Shown here: piece by piece, positions 58,190-64,000 of the stretch | Position numbering within the stretch: the first letter of the stretch is position 1 | Layout: every line of letters begins with the position of its first letter | Source of the DNA: Longimicrobiales bacterium | Lineage (GTDB): Bacteria > Gemmatimonadota > Gemmatimonadetes > Longimicrobiales > Gaopeijiaceae | Reading direction: 5' to 3' | NCBI GenBank assembly: GCA_963664435.2 | Contig: CAXXKM010000002.1 | Location: 704,001 to 768,000, forward strand | DNA length: 64,000 nucleotides | Notes under the pieces: generated by a model | Seen by the model: only the letters and a program-made list of their open reading frames with translations | What the model was told of the DNA's origin: nothing | Databases searched by the model: none | Position numbers and translations under genes: made by a program

Positions 58190-59706
58190 GCCGTGGCACC
58201 TGCGGGCACCGCCTTGCGGGTCCCATCCGTCCCAACCTCCGCCTGCCCGGCGTCCGCCGGCCCGGCTCCTGGCATGCCCGCGATCGCCGGGTCCGCGCCC
58301 CGGATCCACTCCGGGAGCACCTTGCCCGGGTTGCACACCCCTCGGGGATCGAACACGCGGCGCACCGACTCCATCGCCCGCAGGGTGTCCTCGGAGTGGA
58401 TGAGCGCCATGTAGTCGCGCTTGTCGAGCCCCACGCCATGCTCGCCGGTGATGGTTCCCCCGGCCTCGACGCAGATGCGCATGATCTCCTTCGAGGCCCG
58501 CTCCACCCGCTCCATCTCGGCCTCGTCGCGCCGGTCGAAGAGGATGTTGGGGTGCAGGTTTCCGTCTCCGGCGTGGAAGACGTTGGCGACCCGCAGGTCG
58601 TAGCGTTCCCCGATGCCCGCGATCTTCGCCAACACGTCCGGGAGCTGCGTGCGCGGGACGGTGGCGTCCTGCACAAGCAGGTCCGGGGCGATCCTGCCCA
58701 TGGCGCCGAAGGCCTTCTTCCTTCCCTTCCACAGGGCCGCGCGCGCATCCGCCGAAGTGGCCCTGCGCACCTCGCGCGCGCCCCACTCCAGGCACGCGGC
58801 CTCCGCGCGCGCGCCCTCCGCCCCCAGACCCGCCTCGATGCCGTCGAACTCCACTACCAGCGCGGCCGCCGCGTCCGTCGGGTAGCCGGCCGCGAAGATG
58901 CTCTCTTCCACGGCCCGGATGGTGGCCTGGTCGATGATTTCGAGCGCCGCGGGGAGCAGCCCGTGGGCGATGATCGCGGTCACGGCGCGCCCCGCGTCCT
59001 CCAGCCGCTCGAAGATGCCGAGCAGGGTGTGCGTCGCCTGCGGCAGCGGGAGCAACTCCACATCGATTTCCACCGCGATGCCGAAGCAGCCCTCCGATCC
59101 CACGAAGAGCCCCGCCAGGTCGAGTTCGCCGGTGTCGAACCCGCGGTCTCCCAGGTACACCCGGCTGCCGTCCGGGAGCACCACGTCCAGCCCCCGGATG
59201 TAGCGGGAGGTGACACCGTACTTGAGGCAGTGGGGCCCGCCCGAGTTCTCGGCGACATTGCCGCCGATGGTGCAGGCGCTCTGCGACGAGGGATCCGGGG
59301 CGTAGTAGAGGCCGTGGGGCCGGGTCGCCGCCGTGAGATGGGCGTTGACGACTCCGGGCTGGACGCGCGCCCGCCGGTTGTGCAGGTCGAGCTCCAGGAT
59401 CCGGTTCATGCGCGCCGTACACACCACCACGGCCCCGTCGACCGCGAGCGCGCCGCCGGAGAGACCCGTCCCCGAGCCGCGGGCCACGAAGGGCACGCCT
59501 GCCTGGGCGATGGCCCGGACCACCCGGGCGGTCTCGTCTCCGTCCCGGGGCAGCACCGCCGCCCGTGGCGGACACCGGTAGGCGGTGAGCCCGTCGGACT
59601 CGTAGACCATCAGCCGGGCGGGGTCGGTGATGACTGCGTCCGCCCCCACGATGCGGACGAGTTCCTCGGCCAGCTCGGCGGCCAGGCGCGGTACTTTGGT
59701 GATCAC
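58186..59706 (-). CDS. glcD: FAD-linked oxidase, glycolate oxidase subunit GlcD-like
   Basis: RGSGTGLSGGA, YAPDPSSQ, ENSGGPHCLKYG, FHAGDGNLHP, GEHGVG. Confidence 0.9.
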   Translation of the reverse strand: MITKVPRLAAELAEELVRIVGADAVITDPARLMVYESDGLTAYRCPPRAAVLPRDGDETARVVRAIAQAGVPFVARGSGTGLSGGALAVDGAVVVCTARMNRILELDLHNRRARVQPGVVNAHLTAATRPHGLYYAPDPSSQSACTIGGNVAENSGGPHCLKYGVTSRYIRGLDVVLPDGSRVYLGDRGFDTGELDLAGLFVGSEGCFGIAVEIDVELLPLPQATHTLLGIFERLEDAGRAVTAIIAHGLLPAALEIIDQATIRAVEESIFAAGYPTDAAAALVVEFDGIEAGLGAEGARAEAACLEWGAREVRRATSADARAALWKGRKKAFGAMGRIAPDLLVQDATVPRTQLPDVLAKIAGIGERYDLRVANVFHAGDGNLHPNILFDRRDEAEMERVERASKEIMRICVEAGGTITGEHGVGLDKRDYMALIHSEDTLRAMESVRRVFDPRGVCNPGKVLPEWIRGADPAIAGMPGAGPADAGQAEVGTDGTRKAVPAGATA

Positions 59707-59787
59707 GGCGTGGCTCCCGGTGAAGGAGAAGCGCGCGTCCGGCGGTAGTGTGCGGCCGCCGGTAACGCGCGCCGCGCTAACGAAATA

Positions 59788-60525
59788 CTACCCTTCGGCA
59801 GCCCGATAGTCGAGCATGGCCGCGATGCTCGCCTCGGCGGCGTCGCGCAGCAGGGGCGGCAGCTCATCTCCGTAGATGGTCGTCACCAGTTGCGCCGGCG
59901 TGGCGTCGGGGTGATTGCGCCGGGCCAGCTCCGCCTGCTCGATGCGCGCGAGGCGGTGTTCCCGATAGGCCGCGAGCGCGCTGGGCACTTCCTCCAGGGG
60001 AGGCCCGTGCGCCGGATGGATCACGCTGAGCCCGAGCGCCTCGACCCGTTCCAGCGACGCCAGATAATCGCGTACGCAGCCGCGATACTCCCCCACCCAG
60101 GTCGTGCTGCCCTCGCCGAGCATCAGGTCGCCCGCGAAGAGCGCCCGGGCGCGCGGCCAGTGAAAGGACAGGTGCCCGGCGCAGTGCCCCGGCGTATCCA
60201 CGGCGACCAGCCTGCCCTGGTCGGTCTCCACCGCGTCCCCGTCGGCGAGAGGGCCGTCCGCGCCGCGGCACGGCCCGAGCAGGGGAGCCCCCAGCGCATC
60301 CGCCCGGGCGCGGGCGCAGCCGGAGTGGTCGGCATGATCGTGGGTCACCAGCACGGTGACCCGGCGCGCACCCGCCACCGCGGCGCGGAGCGCGCCCAGG
60401 TGCCCGGGATCGTCAGGGCCCGGATCGATGACCGCTCGCGCTGCGCGCCCCACGATGTACGTCCGGGTCCCGTCCAGGGTGAACGGCCCCGGGTTGGCCG
60501 CTTTGACGACACGTGGCCGGATCAT
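59788..60525 (-). CDS. MBL-fold metallo-hydrolase (LACTB2-like)
   Basis: NPGPFTLDGT, IDPGP, THDHADH, TPGHCAGH, AGD, PAHG. Confidence 0.9.
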   Translation of the reverse strand: MIRPRVVKAANPGPFTLDGTRTYIVGRAARAVIDPGPDDPGHLGALRAAVAGARRVTVLVTHDHADHSGCARARADALGAPLLGPCRGADGPLADGDAVETDQGRLVAVDTPGHCAGHLSFHWPRARALFAGDLMLGEGSTTWVGEYRGCVRDYLASLERVEALGLSVIHPAHGPPLEEVPSALAAYREHRLARIEQAELARRNHPDATPAQLVTTIYGDELPPLLRDAAEASIAAMLDYRAAEG

Positions 60526-60609
60526 CGCTCCCGGCGCGCTCCGCCCGGGCGCACGCGCCGGTCGGGAGCAGCCACGGGCGCGGCGGGACCCGGTCCGTGC
60601 CGCGCCGTC

Positions 60610-61077
60610 CTAGCGTTGCTCGTGGACGAACTGTTCGGCGAGCTTGTCGGCGATCATCTGCACGGCCAGCTCGTCGTCCTCGCCGAAAGCCGCCGGAGTG
60701 CGGCTGTCGATGTCGATCTGACCGAAGATCTCCTTGCCCGCCCGGATCAGGACCACGAGCTCGGACTTCACGGCGGGGTTGCAGGAGAGGTAGTTGTCGA
60801 CCTCGCTCACGTCCGGCACGTTCTGGTTCTTCCCGGTCTCGACGGCGGTACCGCACACACCCGTGCCCACGGGAATCTTCGCGTGTTCGGTGCTGGCTCC
60901 GATGTAGTTGTGGAGCCAGAGCTCATCTCCTTCCTCGCCCAGCAGATAAACGCCGACCCAGTCGAAGTTCTCGGTCTTCGAGAGTCCCCGAACCGCGTGA
61001 CGCAGGAGGGCGTCCGACAGATAGCCCTGCTCTCTCAGGCGCTGCAGATCGCCGAGCAACTCAACGGTGTTCACCAT
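60610..61077 (-). CDS. GAF-domain protein, free methionine-R-sulfoxide reductase (MsrC)-like
   Basis: WVGVY, IPVGTGVCGTA, VPDV...YLSC, SELVV, GQIDIDS. Confidence 0.78.
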   Translation of the reverse strand: MVNTVELLGDLQRLREQGYLSDALLRHAVRGLSKTENFDWVGVYLLGEEGDELWLHNYIGASTEHAKIPVGTGVCGTAVETGKNQNVPDVSEVDNYLSCNPAVKSELVVLIRAGKEIFGQIDIDSRTPAAFGEDDELAVQMIADKLAEQFVHEQR

Positions 61078-61236
61078 GTTTTCGATCTTCCCCGTGGTGC
61101 GGAGCCCCGGGCCCCGCCAGTTCCTGGTTTCCCCTGCCGCCCTGACCCACGTCATCCCAAGATGAAAGGTAACGCGATCGAGCGCACGTTACGCACCGGA
61201 GGCCGTCCCCGGCTCCGGTCTCCGTCGTTCCCGGCC

Positions 61237-62300
61237 TCAGCTTCCGGTCCGGTCCTCCTCGGTACCCGGCTCCCGCCGCTCCCCGCCGCCGGCCGTCAGC
61301 GCCTCCGCGAAGTCCGACCCGCTGGGCTCCTGGAACGCCCTCAGCCCGAACTCCGGCAGAATCGCGATCAGATGATCGAAGAGGTCGGCCTGGAGCCCCT
61401 CGTAGTTCGCCCACGCCGTGTCGCTCGAGAAGCAGTAGACCTCGATGGGCACGCCCTGCGGTCCGGGCGCGAGCTGGCGTGCCAGCACCGTCATCTCCTG
61501 GCTGATGCGCGGATTGCCCTTCAGGTAGTTGAACACGTACAGGCGGAACGTTCCCAGGTTGGTCAGGCGCCGGATCTCGGGGATGATGCCGGGGTCGCCC
61601 TCGGCCTTGGCCGCGTTGTAGCTCTCGATCTTGCGGCGCGCCTCGGTCATGTACTCGCGCAGCGTCTCGTAGCGCGACAGGCGGTCGACTTCCCCGTCGC
61701 TCAGGAAGCGCACCGAATTCATGTCGATGCGCAGCGACCGCTTGATGCGGCGCCCCCCGGATTCCGTCATCCCGCGCCAGTTCTTGAAGGACTCACTGAT
61801 GAACTTGTGCGTCGGGATGGTCGAAATGGTCTTGTCCCAGTTCTGGATCTTGACCGTGTGCAGCGCGATCTCGATGACGTCCCCGTCGGTGTTGGCCTGC
61901 GGCATCGAAACCCAGTCGCCGATGCGGATCATGTCGTTGGACATGATCTGGATGCTCGCCACCAGCGACAGGATGGTGTCGCGGAAGATGAGCATGAGAA
62001 CGGCGGTGAGCGCGCCGATCCCGGAGAGGAAGACCAGGGGGCTCTGGTTCGCCAGGATCGCGATGGCGACGACGCCGGCCCCCAGGTAGGCCAGCAGGCT
62101 CGCCCCCTGGAGATAGCCCTTGATCGGCCGCGAGCGCGACTGCTCGAAGGCTTCGACGTAGATGTCGTTGACGGCATCGAGGAAGGCGCTGAACGCCGCC
62201 GCCGTGGCCATCACGATGACGGCCGCCGAAAGCCGGCGCGCCAGCGTCCACGCCAGAATCAGCCCGGCGGGTTCAGTCCCGGCTGCCGCCTCGGCGGATC
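61237..62300 (-). pseudogene. MscS-family (YbdG-like) mechanosensitive channel, apparently 5'-truncated
   Basis: IFRDTILSLVASIQ, IGDWV, TVKIQNWDKTI, GGRRIKRS, TNLGTFR. The frame stays open upstream of 62214 (ILAWTLARRLSAAVIV) to a stop near 62335, with no ATG/GTG/TTG start and no N-terminal TM helices. Confidence 0.65.
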
Positions 62301-62514
62301 GCCTGAGGCCAGAATCACGGCAGAGAATCGTCTAACTACTTACAGGGCTGCACGATCTGCGTTTTCTGTCGTTGGACTGGACACTACTGGACCGTGCCGC
62401 GAAAGCGGGAAAAGCGGACCTGAATGGCGGGAATTGGCCCGCACGGAGGCGGTCCCGTTTCATCAAGCTCTCGACGAATGTCTCTTGAGATCCGGTGGCC
62501 CATTAGGAACATAA

Positions 62515-62559
62515 CCTCCGTCTTCCCGTCGGGACCGCCTCCCGATGGGAAGACGGGGG
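62515..62559. terminator. Long GC hairpin (20-bp stem with two G-U pairs on the plus strand)
   Basis: cctccgtcttcccgtcggga-ccgcc-tcccgatgggaagacggggg. Confidence 0.5.
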
Positions 62560-63038
62560 GAACCGCCGAGGCTTCGGCGGTTGCAAGCGCAAGGTGCGCG
62601 CCCTACGCCTCCCTGGCAATGACGCCGGATCGTCCTCACCACGTTCCCGCACCTACGCGATAGGCTTCGTGCCAGCAGTCCGGCCAGCCACGGATCCGTG
62701 ATCTCGGGGCGTCGGCCTGCCGGCAGGCCGACGCGCTTCGCTTGCCCACCCTCGTTCGGGCGCCGGGAGACCCGCCATCCGAACGCGGGTCCGATTTCGG
62801 CCGCTGCTCTCCGCACGGGAGAGGCAAACCACATCAGAGACACCATCAACCCCAAGAACCAACCGTCCGTGAAGCGGGGCAGGTCCATGGTGCACTGATC
62901 CATTACATTGGTGTCCCACGGATACCGACTCGTTGCGGCGGGCGCTGCGGTTGTCCCCGTGGCGGTTTTCGTGTATCGGCGGTCCGAGCGCACTCCCGAC
63001 ACACCCGAATTCAAGCCCGCGAGGGAGAGGTTGACACA

Positions 63039-63602
63039 GTGATCGTCTTCGGCTCCACCCCGATCGTCAAACGAGCCGAACCGCGGCGGATCTTGGCAAG
63101 CAGTGCTCATTTCTGGCTGTCGTTGGCGTGCCTGGCCGTGTTGCCATGGCAGGTTCAGGCGCAGGAGGCACCGGGCCGTTTCATGCTCGAAGCCGGACTC
63201 GCCGGGGACACCAGACAGTGTCCCGGACACTACGTCGGCATCAACGCGCGGGTCGCGGGGCCGGTGTCGCTGTACGGGATGGTGGAGAACTACCGGTGCT
63301 CCGAGCGGACCGAAGAAGTCGACATCCTGGGCGACGCCATCAGCGCGACCCGCATCTACCCTCGTCGGGTCGCGTCGGACATTCGGTTCGGCGCGGAGGT
63401 TTTGCTCGGACGTGCCAGTTGGCTTGTTCGTCCCGCGTTGCGAGCGGGGATCCTGTATGGCAGCGGGGACTACTTTGGGCCGACCGGCGGTGCGAGTCTG
63501 ACCTTCGGACGGCGCTACGGGGCGCGCTTCATCCTCCACGTCGAGGAGTGCGGCAGCACAGCCTGTGAGCGCTTCCAGATGGGCGGATACGTCTCGTTCT
63601 GA
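63039..63602 (+). CDS. Hypothetical exported protein, possible small outer-membrane beta-barrel
   Basis: Signal-like WLSLACLAVLPWQVQAQ; amphipathic beta-strands; C-terminal YVSF; start uncertain. Confidence 0.55.
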   Translation: MIVFGSTPIVKRAEPRRILASSAHFWLSLACLAVLPWQVQAQEAPGRFMLEAGLAGDTRQCPGHYVGINARVAGPVSLYGMVENYRCSERTEEVDILGDAISATRIYPRRVASDIRFGAEVLLGRASWLVRPALRAGILYGSGDYFGPTGGASLTFGRRYGARFILHVEECGSTACERFQMGGYVSF

Positions 63603-63726
63603 GCTCCCCGGGGGGAAACGATCTCGCGGGCCAGAGAGCGGGGACCGGGACCTAACCTTGACGTGAAGCGTGACTTACACGCTTGGTCGATTGCGAGCGC
63701 GTTCCGGAAAGAGACCGACCGTCTTG

Positions 63727-64000
63727 CTACAACCTGCTGATGACGGTGGTAAGGAGAGCATGGGTGATGGGGAGGGCCCAGAACGCGGTGGAATCGTCCA
63801 GCCCGGACGCTTCCCCCAGATAGAAGAGCCCAAGGCCGAGGCCGACACCCGCTGCCGAACCGAGCAAGCCCCGGCTGAACCGAGCCCCCATGATGCTTGC
63901 GACCGCTGGTGGTCCCGCAACCATGGTCGCCGTGCCCAACAGCAGCCTGCCCGTACAATCACTGGTGCTGCCAAAGCAGTTCAGAAAACCATAGAAAAAC
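63727..64000 (-). CDS. Hypothetical membrane protein, partial (start beyond the right edge)
   Basis: Frame open to the window edge; Gly-rich hydrophobic helices GLLGSAAGVGLGLGLFYLG and FWALPITHALLTTVISRL. Confidence 0.5.
   Translation of the reverse strand, partial: FFYGFLNCFGSTSDCTGRLLLGTATMVAGPPAVASIMGARFSRGLLGSAAGVGLGLGLFYLGEASGLDDSTAFWALPITHALLTTVISRL

Noticed and set aside
62463..62919. Minus-strand ORFs right of the junction (62463-63539, 62653-62919)
   Set aside because: No recognisable motifs; one runs through a strong hairpin and overlaps the plus-strand gene; cannot be supported as genes.

Overview
High-GC, gene-dense bacterial window with about 50 CDS. I recognised no rRNA, tRNA, CRISPR array or intact transposase. 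The gene content suggests a Gemmatimonadota-like diderm heterotroph, but this is inference only. Most genes encode exported (Sec, Tat or lipoprotein) hydrolases and oxidoreductases for nitrogenous compounds: three creatininase-fold genes (four domains) with a remodelled metal-ligand set, two amidohydrolases, two amidases, a compact flavin amine oxidase, M14/S9/S45/S51 peptidases and a GMC 3-dehydrogenase module. The best candidate for an undescribed system is a metal-uptake locus at 4.3-7.6 kb (minus strand). There a small exported His/Cys-motif leader ORF ending in a RAPP ribosome-arrest motif sits upstream of a ZnuD-like TonB-dependent receptor and a His-rich lipoprotein, resembling a CruR/DUF2946-type attenuator with a non-CxxC sensor. 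Other notable items: an Ig/LVIVD protein - Met-rich beta-propeller - TMEM260/DUF2723-like glycosyltransferase run; a less GC-rich DprA(+HTH)/PRTase-remnant islet; a Fic gene with a candidate operator; an ALDH1L1-like formyltransferase; a palindrome found twice between convergent genes; and a 5'-truncated MscS gene at a probable island junction near 62.3 kb. All calls come from motif recognition by eye; no database searches were run.
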